From assembly GCA_947456915.1 (NCBI GenBank), contig CANGUQ010000001.1, positions 1 through 31,892 of the forward strand: a stretch of 31,892 nucleotides of DNA, read 5' to 3'. Shown here piece by piece: positions 1-8,821 of this stretch. The notes under the pieces are model-generated. The model was not told the DNA's origin and searched no databases. It was given only the letters and a program-made list of their open reading frames with translations. The translations under genes and the position numbers were made by a program. The first letter of the stretch is position 1, and each line of letters begins with the position of its first letter. Source of the stretch: Betaproteobacteria bacterium. GTDB taxonomy: Bacteria; Pseudomonadota; Gammaproteobacteria; Burkholderiales; CAIKXV01.

Positions 1-2
1 GT

Positions 3-992
3 GCGCGCCAGTCCCCCGCAGCCACGGCGGCTGCCGCCGGCACCGGGCGCACGCGCTCGGCGCTGCTCGTGCTGGCGGGACTGCTGTGCGCGCTGCCCGC
101 CGCCGCGCAGTCGTTTCCCAGCCGGCCGCTGCGCTTCGTCACCGGGGGCGGTCCCGACGCGATGGCACGCATTCTCGGCCAGAAGTTCAGCGAGACCTGG
201 GGTCAGCCGGTCGTCGTCGAGGAGCGCGGTGGCGCCGGCGGGATGCTGTCGGCAGAAGTGGTGGCGAAGGCCAACCCCGACGGACACACGCTGCTGCTGG
301 CCACCGGCACGCACACGATCAATCCCAACTTCTACAAGACGAACTACGACATGGCGCGCGACTTCGCGCCGGTGAGTCTGCTCGGCACGATCCCGTTCGT
401 GCTCACCGTCCACCCGGCGTTGCCGGTGAAGTCGGTCGAGGAGCTGGTCCGCCTCGCGAAATCGAAGCCCGGTGTGCTCAACTACGGTTCGGGTGGCAAC
501 GGCTCGCCCGGGCATCTGATCGCCGAGATGTTCCTGCGCCGCACCGGTGTGCAGATCGTGCACGTGCCGTACAAGACCGTCGCGCAGGGCGTGACGGCGC
601 TCATCGCCGATCAGGTGCAGGTGAACTTCGTCGTCGGTCCGTCGGCGATGCCGCAGATCACCGCCGGTCGCATCCGGCCACTGGCGGTGACCACGGCGAA
701 GCGTTCGGCAGTGCTGCCGGATCTGCCTACGCTCGCCGAGAGCGCAATCGCCGGCTTCGATGCGCCGGCGTGGAACGGCGTGCTGGTGCCGGCAGGCACC
801 CCCGCGGCGGTGATCTCGCAGCTGCACGCCGAGATCGTACGCGCGCTGAAGCTCCCCGACGTGATCGAGCGCATGACCGCACTCAGCTTCGAGCCGGTGG
901 GCAGCACGCCGGCGCAGTTCGGCGTGTTCTTCAGGGCCGAGCTGGCGAAGTGGGCAAAGGCGGCGAAGGAGACCGGCGCGCGCGCGGAATAG
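3..992 (+). CDS. TctC/Bug-family tripartite tricarboxylate transporter substrate-binding protein (probably 5'-partial)
   Basis: ORF 69..992 stays open back to the window start. Motifs: VVVEERGGAGG, PDGHTLLL, DFAPVS, YGSGGNGSPGHL, HVPYK, GRIRPLAVT, PDLPTLAE, W/F-rich C-terminus. Confidence 0.93.
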   Translation, partial: ARQSPAATAAAAGTGRTRSALLVLAGLLCALPAAAQSFPSRPLRFVTGGGPDAMARILGQKFSETWGQPVVVEERGGAGGMLSAEVVAKANPDGHTLLLATGTHTINPNFYKTNYDMARDFAPVSLLGTIPFVLTVHPALPVKSVEELVRLAKSKPGVLNYGSGGNGSPGHLIAEMFLRRTGVQIVHVPYKTVAQGVTALIADQVQVNFVVGPSAMPQITAGRIRPLAVTTAKRSAVLPDLPTLAESAIAGFDAPAWNGVLVPAGTPAAVISQLHAEIVRALKLPDVIERMTALSFEPVGSTPAQFGVFFRAELAKWAKAAKETGARAE

Positions 993-999
993 CGCGCAG

Positions 1000-1977
1000 T
1001 CAGTCGGCGCGCGCGCCGGAGCTGCGCACCGCCGCGGCCCACTGCCTGATTTCCGCACGCAGGAAGGCGGCGAACTGCGCTGGTGTGCTGCCGATCGGCT
1101 CGGCGCCCTGTGCCACCAGACGCTCGCGCATCACCTCGCCGCGCAGCTGCTCCGCCACTTCGCCCGCCACCCGGTTCACGCGCTCGGCAGGCGTGCCGGC
1201 GGGCGTCATCAATCCGTACCAGCCCGTCACCACGTAGCCGGGCAGCGTGTCGCCGATGGTCGGCAGCCCCGGCATCACCTGCGAGGGGCGGGCACTGGAC
1301 AGCGCGAGCGCGCGCAGCTTGCCGCTGCGGATCAGCGGCAGCGCAGCCGGCACGACCGAAAACACCATCTGCACCTGGCCGCTGACCAGATCGGTGAGCG
1401 CGGGCGTCACGCCCTTGTAGGGCACGTGCACGATGTCGATCCCGGCCTGTGAACGGAAGATCTCGGCCGACAGATGCGGCGGCGTACCGGTGCCGCCCGA
1501 GCCGTAGTGCAGTGCGCCCGGTCTGGCGCGAGCGAGCGCGATCAGCTCCTTCACCGAGTGCGCCGGCGTGGCCGCATTCACCACCAGCACATACGGCGTG
1601 CTCGCCACCAGCGTCACTGCGGCGAGATCGCGCAGGAGGTCGTAGCCGAGCTTCGGATACAGCGCGGCGGCGATCGGCTGGCTCGCGGTGGCCATCAGCA
1701 GCGTGTAGCCGTCGGCAGGCGCGCGCGCAGCGATCTCCGCACCGACGTTGCCGCCGGCGCCGGTGCGATTGTCGACCACGAACGATTCGCCCCAGCGCTC
1801 GCTCAGGTGCTGCGCGATCAGCCGCGCGACGATGTCGGGTCCCGAGGCCGGAGCGCTGGCGACGATCACGCGCACCGGCCTTGCCGGGTAGCGCGCCGCG
1901 GCATCCGCGGCGAGTGCCGCGGCGTGCACGCTGGCGAACATCGCGAGCACCGCCGATGAATGAACGACCCTGGTCAC
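1000..1977 (-). CDS. TctC/Bug-family substrate-binding protein
   Basis: Signal-like N-terminus; VVDNRTGAGGNVG, ADGYTLL, YGSGGTGTPPHL, HVPYKG, GKLRALA motifs. GTG 1977 start; an ATG at MFASV is an alternative. Confidence 0.95.
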   Translation of the reverse strand: MTRVVHSSAVLAMFASVHAAALAADAAARYPARPVRVIVASAPASGPDIVARLIAQHLSERWGESFVVDNRTGAGGNVGAEIAARAPADGYTLLMATASQPIAAALYPKLGYDLLRDLAAVTLVASTPYVLVVNAATPAHSVKELIALARARPGALHYGSGGTGTPPHLSAEIFRSQAGIDIVHVPYKGVTPALTDLVSGQVQMVFSVVPAALPLIRSGKLRALALSSARPSQVMPGLPTIGDTLPGYVVTGWYGLMTPAGTPAERVNRVAGEVAEQLRGEVMRERLVAQGAEPIGSTPAQFAAFLRAEIRQWAAAVRSSGARAD

Positions 1978-1999
1978 GGACCGTACACCGGGTGAAGCC

Positions 2000-2572
2000 T
2001 CAGAACATCCCGTCGTGCGAGGAAAAGGCGATCAGGCACGGCTTGTCCGAACGATTGCTCCACGCGTGGCTGGTGCCGCGCTGGACCACGGTGTCGCCGG
2101 CCTTCAGCTGCACCTCCGCCGTGTCCAGCACCAGCGTGATCTCGCCTTCGAGCACGAGACAGAAGTCCAGCGTGTGCGTGCGCTGCATGTACGGGTGCGG
2201 CGCGTTCAGCCCGGCAGTGCACGCCTGCGGCGAGCCCATCGCAGCGAAGAACGCCTGCACGTCGGCCGCGCGTACCGTGCTGCGCCAGCCAGCGTCCGGC
2301 GGAAAGCTCACCACCCGGCACACCGAGCCTCCTGGCGGCGGTTCGATCGTGTGCGGCGTGTCGGTGGTCTCGGTGATCAGCCGGCCATTGCGCTTGATAC
2401 GCGCCGGCGAGCGATCGGTCACCCAGATACGGGTGGCGGCATAGCCCGGACGAGCCGGATCGGTGCGCACATCGGGCGCGGGCCCGTCGGCGATCGCGCA
2501 GGAGCGGCCGTTCGGGTCGTCGATGGTGATCAGCCGGCGAATGCGGCGCGGGGCGGCAGCAGTGGCAGTCAT
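2000..2572 (-). CDS. cupin domain protein
   Basis: IRRLITIDDPNGRS N-terminus and MQRTHTLDFCLVLEGEI...AGDTVVQRGTSHAWSN cupin barrel. Start re-picked at ATG 2572, just after the upstream cupin stop at 2587. Confidence 0.88.
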   Translation of the reverse strand: MTATAAAPRRIRRLITIDDPNGRSCAIADGPAPDVRTDPARPGYAATRIWVTDRSPARIKRNGRLITETTDTPHTIEPPPGGSVCRVVSFPPDAGWRSTVRAADVQAFFAAMGSPQACTAGLNAPHPYMQRTHTLDFCLVLEGEITLVLDTAEVQLKAGDTVVQRGTSHAWSNRSDKPCLIAFSSHDGMF

Positions 2573-2586
2573 GGTATCGGCTCCGG

Positions 2587-3147
2587 TCAGTCCTCGTACT
2601 TCGCACCCATCATCACGAAGGCCATCAGGCTGCCTTCGCGCGGGTTGCACCAGCCGTGCCAGTTGCCCAGCTGCACGACGACATCGCCGGGCTTCATCAC
2701 GTACTGACCGTCGTCGAGCAGCAGCACGCGTTCGCCTTCGAGCATGATCCCGTAGTCCACCGTCTCCGACTTGTGCACTGGCGAGGAGAATGCGTTTGCG
2801 CCGCCCTTGTCCCAGGTGCCGCCGTGGCGCTGGCGCGGCTCGTGCAGCGGCACGGCGGTGGCGTCCGTGGCCGGGTCGTATCCCGGCGGCTTCGCCGGCG
2901 ACTGCACGATGCGCAGATGCCCCCCGCTCTGCGGCGGCTCGAAGCTGAACGGCAACCGCCCGTCGTCGCGGTCGCCGGCAAGCGGTACCGGCACCTCGCG
3001 GTAGACCCAGGCATCGGTCATGCAGGTGCCGGGACGGATCGCCCCCGGATTCACGTTCGGTGCAGCGCTGTCGTAGAGCACGCAGGAACGCCCCTGCGCG
3101 TCATTGCCGGTGACCACCCGGCGGATCGGCTTGATGGCCGTGCTCAT
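2587..3147 (-). CDS. cupin domain protein
   Basis: IRRVVTGNDAQGRS N-terminus; VHKSETVDYGIMLEGE...PGDVVVQLGNWHGWCN cupin motifs; GGAGG Shine-Dalgarno upstream. Confidence 0.9.
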   Translation of the reverse strand: MSTAIKPIRRVVTGNDAQGRSCVLYDSAAPNVNPGAIRPGTCMTDAWVYREVPVPLAGDRDDGRLPFSFEPPQSGGHLRIVQSPAKPPGYDPATDATAVPLHEPRQRHGGTWDKGGANAFSSPVHKSETVDYGIMLEGERVLLLDDGQYVMKPGDVVVQLGNWHGWCNPREGSLMAFVMMGAKYED

Positions 3148-3369
3148 CGCATATCCTCCCGTCGATCGCGCGGGCCCGGCCCGGCCGTACCCGCCGGATC
3201 GCCCGCATCATCCACGCGTCGCCTGCGCGTGTTCCTCCCGAATGATGCCACCGCGCCGCTTCGCGCGCGCGCGATCAGGGGCACCGAGCGGCGTGCCGGT
3301 GCTCGCGCGCAGCGCACGCCACCGTGGAGGGCAGCGGCTGTCGACACCACGCCGTGTTCACGGTGGCGC

Positions 3370-3378
3370 TGCTAGACT
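3370..3378 (+). promoter_or_regulatory. putative extended -10 promoter element (TGcTAGACT)
   Basis: TG-n-TAGACT about 33 nt upstream of the ATG at 3411; no good -35 hexamer seen. Confidence 0.3.
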
Positions 3379-3410
3379 GGCTCGCCCAATCGTTGCGAAG
3401 GAGTGTCTTG

Positions 3411-4406
3411 ATGAAAACCCCGCTGATCGGCCTGCTGCTCGCCGCGCTGAGCGGCTGCGCGGCGATGACCGGCGGCACGCCGGGCGTCTCGATCGTGGTC
3501 GACCTCGATCCCGCGAGCAGCGATCGCACGGTCATCGTCGAGAACATCACCGCCGATCGCAACGGCCTGCTGTACATGGCAGACCGCGTCAGCGGCAACA
3601 TCCTGCGCGTGGATCCCGCCTCGCCGAAGCCGGTGGTGGTCGGACGCATCGAGGCGCGCGAGATCCAGGGCAGGAAGGTCAACGCCGACGCCTCTGGACT
3701 GGAGTTCGATGCACAGGGCGATCTGTTCGTCGCGGTCGGACCGTTCAGCGAGGTCGTGCGGTTTCGCGCAGCCGATCTGAATCCGTCGCGCCCGGGTGCT
3801 GCGCAGACCTTCGCTACCGGCACGCCGGGCGCGAACGGCATCGCGTTCGATCGGCAGGGCAACCTGTTCGTGTCGGGCGGCGCAAGCGGAACGATCTTCC
3901 GCATCCCGCCGCAGGGCGGTGCCGCACAACCCGTCGTGCAGATCGAGCGCTCGGTGCGCGTGCTGCCCGACGGCAAGACGCAGCAGCCCATCGTGGCCAA
4001 CGGACTTGCGTTCGACGCGAACGGCGTGCTGCACGTGGCCGACACCTCGCGCGGCGCGGTGTGGACGGTGCGCATCGGCGCCGATGGCAAGGGCGACAAG
4101 CCTGTGCTGCTCGCGCAGAATCCTCTGCTCGAAGGCGCCGATGGCCTCGCCTTCGATCGCCGCGGCAACCTGTGGGTGGCGGCGAACGAGCTCAACGCGA
4201 TCGTGTCGGTCAGCCGCAGCGGCGCGGTGCATGTCATCGCGCGCAACGGCAGCCACGGCCCGCTCGAGTTTCCGGCGTCGCTGGTGTTCGTCGGTGACAC
4301 CGCATACGTGGTGAACTTCGACGTGCCGCGGCGCGACAACATGGATGCCAACGGCACCACCGCGCGCGATGGGGTCGGGGCGTCGGTGGCGCGCATCTCG
4401 CGCTAG
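3411..4406 (+). CDS. SMP-30/gluconolactonase/LRE-family beta-propeller, predicted lipoprotein
   Basis: GAAGGAG SD before ATG 3411; MKTPLIGLLLAALSGC lipobox; repeated blade motifs GANGIAFD, VANGLAFD, GADGLAFDRRGNLWV. Confidence 0.88.
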   Translation: MKTPLIGLLLAALSGCAAMTGGTPGVSIVVDLDPASSDRTVIVENITADRNGLLYMADRVSGNILRVDPASPKPVVVGRIEAREIQGRKVNADASGLEFDAQGDLFVAVGPFSEVVRFRAADLNPSRPGAAQTFATGTPGANGIAFDRQGNLFVSGGASGTIFRIPPQGGAAQPVVQIERSVRVLPDGKTQQPIVANGLAFDANGVLHVADTSRGAVWTVRIGADGKGDKPVLLAQNPLLEGADGLAFDRRGNLWVAANELNAIVSVSRSGAVHVIARNGSHGPLEFPASLVFVGDTAYVVNFDVPRRDNMDANGTTARDGVGASVARISR

Positions 4407-4596
4407 CCGTACGCGACGCAGGGGCTGCAGCGGCTCGTTCGCAGCGCGGCTGCAGGACGACGGCGCTCCTCGTCACAGCGGCAAGCGTACCCGCGCAATC
4501 CGGTGACCGCGGGCACGACCCGGCTGTGGTCGGCACGATCGCTCGGCCGGCGCTCTGGCCGGTGGCGCCCGGCGTGAAGCGGATCCGGTTCGCCCC

Positions 4597-4854
4597 TCAA
4601 TAGTGCGGCGGCACCTCGTCGCCCGGGTCCCCGGTCGCCGAGCGCTCGGCCAGTTCCCCGAGTTGCTGGCGCAGCCGGGCGATCTCGCGCGCGAGCGACT
4701 CGATCTGCTGCTGCTGGCGGGCAACCGTCGCGTTCAGCGCGTCGACCAGATCCTCGCCGTAGCTCGCCTTCTCCTCGAGGGCGATCAGGCGCCGCTCGAT
4801 CGCGGTCGAGTAATGCACATCGGCAGGATCGGTATCCGGGCGGCTTCGCGCCAT
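4597..4854 (-). CDS. slyX: SlyX family protein
   Basis: IERRLIALEEKASYGEDLVDALNATVARQQQQIESL coiled coil and C-terminal DEVPPHY signature. Start uncertain (ATG 4854 or 4893). Confidence 0.88.
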   Translation of the reverse strand: MARSRPDTDPADVHYSTAIERRLIALEEKASYGEDLVDALNATVARQQQQIESLAREIARLRQQLGELAERSATGDPGDEVPPHY

Positions 4855-5061
4855 CGCGTCGGGACCGGTTTCGTTCTTCGGCAGTTCGGGCATCGCGACC
4901 ACTCTACCGCGTCCGCGCCGCAGCCGGCATCCGCGCGACTTCGCGAGCAGGCCATCGGCGCCGCAGGGCGCCGACACCCCCTGCGCGAGACTCGCGGGCA
5001 CCGGACCGTCGACGTTGCGCGATGTCGTGATTCATCGCTCGCGCGCGCGAGCGCCACGCGC

Positions 5062-6054
5062 TCACGCTTTCGACGTGCCGCTGATGCCGGTCGCAGACGC
5101 CGCCTGAGACAGCGGGCCCGGACTCTCGCGGCGCCCGTTGTCGCGCATCCTCGCTTCGATGGTCACCCGATCCCACTCGGGCGCAAGCATGCCGACGAAG
5201 TCGTAGAGCGTGCCGTGCAGATACGTTCCCCGTCGCAGCTCGATCTGGGTGATCGACGGTGGAAACAGATGCCTCGCGTCCAGCGCCCGCAGCCCGCGGT
5301 CGCGCCCCGGCTCGAACGCGATCGAGGGCAGGATCGCGATGCCCAGGCCGAGCTCGACATAGGCCTTGATCACGTCGGCATCGATCGCGCTCAGCACCAC
5401 GTTGGGGACGATCCGGGCCTGCTCGAACGCGTGCAGCACCGATGAGCCGCCGATGAAGCTCTGATCCAGCGTGAGGATCGGATAGGTGCCGACCCGCTTC
5501 ATCGTCGGGCGGCGCACGTCGGCGAGCGGATGCCCCTCGGGAACGATGATGCTGCGCTCGAGCCTCGCGCACGGCAGCATGACCAGATCGGCGACGCGCT
5601 CGGGTGGCTCGCTGGTGATGCCCACGTCGGCCTCGCCCCCCGCGACCCACTGCGCGATCTGCGACGGGCTCCCCTGCCGCAGCACGAGCTGCACCTCCGG
5701 GTGACGCTTGATGAACTCGCCGATCACCCGCTTGAGCACGTAGCGCGCGTGAATGTGCGTGGTGGCGAGTACCAGCCGTCGCTTCGCGTGCTGGAACTCC
5801 TCGGCAATGCGGCGCACGTTCTGGGCATCGTCGATCATCCGCCGGGCGGTGACCAGAATCTCCGCACCCGGCGCAGTCAGCCCCTCGATGCGGTTGCCGC
5901 GCCGCCTGAGCACCTGCACGCCGAGTTCCTCCTCGAGCAGCTTGATCTGCTTGCTGATGCCGGGCTGGGAGGTGTGCAGGGCCGCTGCGGCCCGCGACAT
6001 GTTGAAGCCCGCCTCGGCGATGCCGCACACGTAGCGGAGCTGGCGAAGATTCAC
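5062..6054 (-). CDS. CysB/Cbl-family LysR-type transcriptional regulator
   Basis: GTG start; NLRQLRY...LHTSQPGISKQIKLLEEELG helix-turn-helix; ATTH..ARY and DADVIKAYVELGLGI closely follow the CysB/Cbl pattern. Confidence 0.9.
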   Translation of the reverse strand: MNLRQLRYVCGIAEAGFNMSRAAAALHTSQPGISKQIKLLEEELGVQVLRRRGNRIEGLTAPGAEILVTARRMIDDAQNVRRIAEEFQHAKRRLVLATTHIHARYVLKRVIGEFIKRHPEVQLVLRQGSPSQIAQWVAGGEADVGITSEPPERVADLVMLPCARLERSIIVPEGHPLADVRRPTMKRVGTYPILTLDQSFIGGSSVLHAFEQARIVPNVVLSAIDADVIKAYVELGLGIAILPSIAFEPGRDRGLRALDARHLFPPSITQIELRRGTYLHGTLYDFVGMLAPEWDRVTIEARMRDNGRRESPGPLSQAASATGISGTSKA

Positions 6055-6140
6055 CTGCGAGGCCCTCCTGCAGACCGGAGTTCCGGTCGTTGCCCTGCGC
6101 TGCCGCAGACCCGGACAGCGATAACCGGACGGAATCGAGC

Positions 6141-6200
6141 AATACACAAATATTCTTTTCGAACATGATACGTCCGGAGTACAGTTGTGCAAAACAGATT
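6141..6200. promoter_or_regulatory. AT-rich divergent promoter region between the CysB-like regulator and the cupin operon
   Basis: Clear AT-rich patch in GC-rich DNA. Minus strand: TTGCAC (6192-6187), 16 nt, TATCAT (6170-6165). Plus strand: TACAGT (6180-6185) with a weak -35 TTTCGA (6157-6162). Confidence 0.5.
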
Positions 6201-6217
6201 CACGCAGGAGGAGCCCC

Positions 6218-6982
6218 ATGCCCGCCGTCGCTGGAGTGCACGGCGCTGATCCGGTCGTTGCCGAGCCGTCGGCTGCGCACGCGCAGCCCGCCGGGCTGCA
6301 CGTGGCGCGCGTCGCCACCATCCCCTGGGAGGACCGGATCAACGTCGACAACTGGCCGAGTCAGGCCGGCATGTACTTCGATGACCGGGACAACGCTTTC
6401 ACGCTGCGCCTGATCAACTATCCGGTGGGGTCGATCGAACCGCGTCACGTCCACGCCGGCTCGCATGCGACCACCGTGCTGCGCGGGCGCGCGATCGTCG
6501 ACGGCAGGACGCTGGGGCCGCTGGACGTGATCCTCGGCCCGTCGCACGAGCCGCACGGACCGATCCACTATCCGGACGGCTGCAGGCTGCTGAGTGCGTT
6601 CCAGGGCAGCTACTTTCACAGCGAGGTGCAGCAGCTCTCGGGTACGCCGCAGTACCGGCTGATCGAGAGCGCCGGTCTGCCGTGGCGCGAGGACACCGCG
6701 CGCAACGCCCGCGTGCGCACGCTCGTCGATCACGGGCTCGGGCGGCTGCTGGTGGAGGTGCTGCAGTTCGACGCAAACGCGCTGCTGCCGATCGCCCGCG
6801 AGCGCTGCGCGCAGGCGGTGCTGGTGGTCGCCGGCAACGTCGGCGTCGCGGCGAGCCACGCACCGGGAGCATCAGCGGCGCCGCTGGGGGAATGGGATTT
6901 CGCCTACCTGCGCGAGCGCGGCGATGCCCTGGCGCTGGAAGTGTCGGCCGGCAGCACGCTGCTGTGGTTGACGCTGCGCTGA
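6218..6982 (+). CDS. ChrR/Dke1/DAD-like cupin protein, probably a bicupin
   Basis: AGGAGG SD before ATG 6218; GSIEPRHVHAGSHATTVLRG (G-x5-HxH) and GPSHEPHG motifs; second cupin-like half without those His motifs. Confidence 0.75.
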   Translation: MPAVAGVHGADPVVAEPSAAHAQPAGLHVARVATIPWEDRINVDNWPSQAGMYFDDRDNAFTLRLINYPVGSIEPRHVHAGSHATTVLRGRAIVDGRTLGPLDVILGPSHEPHGPIHYPDGCRLLSAFQGSYFHSEVQQLSGTPQYRLIESAGLPWREDTARNARVRTLVDHGLGRLLVEVLQFDANALLPIARERCAQAVLVVAGNVGVAASHAPGASAAPLGEWDFAYLRERGDALALEVSAGSTLLWLTLR

Positions 6983-7066
6983 GCGCTGCGACGGGCGGAC
7001 AGGGCGACGGTAACGGGAACCGGCACCGATTCCGACACGAACTCGAGACATCCGGGAGAGCAGATC

Positions 7067-8776
7067 ATGAGCAAGCAGAGCGGTGCCGACTTCATCGCCC
7101 AGGCCGTGCACGCCTACGGCATCAGCCACGTGTTCTTCGTGCCGGCGATCCTGCTGCGCGCGCTCGCGAAGATGGAACCGCTGGGCATCACGCGGGTGAT
7201 GGCGCACGGCGAGAAGGCCACCGCCTACATGGCCGACGGCTACGCGCGCGCGGCACGCAAGCCCGGTGTGGTCCTCGCGCAGCACATCGGCGGCTCGAAC
7301 CTTGCCGCCGGATTGCGCGACGCCTTCCTCGCCGGCTCGCCGGTGGTGGCGATCACCGGCGGACCGATCACTGCCACGCGCTACCGACATGCGTACCAGG
7401 ATCTGGAGCACTTCAGCCAGTTCGATCCGACCACCAAGTTCAACGCACGCGTGGACGACATCTCGCGGCTGGCCGACCTGTGGCAGACGGCGATGCGCGA
7501 AGCGGTGACCGGTGCGCCCGGTCCGGTGCATCTGGAGATCCGCGGTCACCACGCGGAGATCACGCTGGCCGAGGCGGAATTCCCGACTCTCGATGCACGC
7601 TGGACAGCAGTGCCGCCGTTTCGCCCCTCGGCCGACGCGGCCAGCGTCGAATCGGCCCTCAAGCGGCTTGCCGCCGCGCAGCGTCCGGTGATCGTCGCCG
7701 GCGGCGGTGTTGCGTGGTCGGGCGCACAGGCCGAGGTGGTTGCGCTTGCCGAGCGGCTGCAGATTCCGGTGGCGACCTCGCTCAACGGCAAGGGAACGAT
7801 CACCGAGACCCACCCGCTGGCGGTAGGGGTGTGCGGCGGCTACTCGCGCGCCTGCGCGAACCAGACGGTGGCTGCCGCCGACGTCGTCCTGTTCATCGGC
7901 AGTCACACCGGCGGGCAGGTCACCACCGGCTGGAAGGTGCCGCGCCCGGGTACCACGGTGATCCATCTCGACATCGACGCGGCGGAAATCGGCCGCAACT
8001 ACCCGACCGAGATCGCGCTCGTCGGCGATGCAAAGACCGTCCTGCAGCAGATGCTCGATGCCGCCACCGCTTCGCCCGCACTCGCCGCAGCAGCGAACGA
8101 CAGGGCGCCGTGGCTCGCGCAGGCGCGCGGCTTCGTCGAGACGTGGCGCGCCGGACTCGCCGCCCTGATGCAGTCCGACGCGGTACCGATGCGCCCGGAA
8201 CGCCTGTGCGCGGAGATCAGCCGCGCGCTGCCCGAAGGCGGCGTACTGGTTTCCGACACGGGACACTCGGGCATCTGGACCGGCGCGCTGGTGGAGTTCA
8301 CGCGGCCCGGGCAGCGGATGATCCGCTGTGCCGGGTCGCTCGGCTGGGCGCTTCCGGGAGCGATCGGGGTCAAGTGCGCGCTCCCCGCTTCGACCGTGGT
8401 GGCGTTCGCCGGCGACGGCGGCTTCTACTACCACATGGCCGAGCTGGAAACAGCCGCGCGCTACGGCATCAACATCGTGATGGTGGTGAACAACAACAGT
8501 TCGCTCAATCAGGAGATTCCGCTGATCGACGACGCCTACGGTCAGGCGATCACCGAGAAGAGCCGCGAGCTGTGGGGCTTTCGCGACGTGAACTTCGCGA
8601 ACATCGCCCAGAGCATGGGCTGTCTGGGCATTCGCGTCGAGCGCCCATCGGATCTGCCGGCGGCGTTCGCCCGCGCGTTCAGCGCCGGGCGACCCGTGGT
8701 GCTCGACGTCGTCACCGACTTTCGTGCGATGGCGCCCAAGGCGTGGACGGGCACCGCAGGCGGTGGCGGTCACTGA
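7067..8776 (+). CDS. thiamine diphosphate-dependent enzyme (acetolactate synthase-like fold)
   Basis: HGEKATAYMADGYAR (catalytic Glu), PGPVHLEI, VIVAGGGV, HLDIDAAEIGRNYP and GDGG...NNN ThDP-binding motif. Confidence 0.93.
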   Translation: MSKQSGADFIAQAVHAYGISHVFFVPAILLRALAKMEPLGITRVMAHGEKATAYMADGYARAARKPGVVLAQHIGGSNLAAGLRDAFLAGSPVVAITGGPITATRYRHAYQDLEHFSQFDPTTKFNARVDDISRLADLWQTAMREAVTGAPGPVHLEIRGHHAEITLAEAEFPTLDARWTAVPPFRPSADAASVESALKRLAAAQRPVIVAGGGVAWSGAQAEVVALAERLQIPVATSLNGKGTITETHPLAVGVCGGYSRACANQTVAAADVVLFIGSHTGGQVTTGWKVPRPGTTVIHLDIDAAEIGRNYPTEIALVGDAKTVLQQMLDAATASPALAAAANDRAPWLAQARGFVETWRAGLAALMQSDAVPMRPERLCAEISRALPEGGVLVSDTGHSGIWTGALVEFTRPGQRMIRCAGSLGWALPGAIGVKCALPASTVVAFAGDGGFYYHMAELETAARYGINIVMVVNNNSSLNQEIPLIDDAYGQAITEKSRELWGFRDVNFANIAQSMGCLGIRVERPSDLPAAFARAFSAGRPVVLDVVTDFRAMAPKAWTGTAGGGGH

Positions 8777-8821
8777 TCGCGGCAGCGACACTTCATCGAA
8801 ACGCGGAACGAGGAAGCACGC

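Noticed and set aside
4407-4596. CTGCAGC...GCTGCAG inverted repeat as a terminator
   Set aside because: 7-bp stem with a long loop and no U-tract on either strand; too weak to call.
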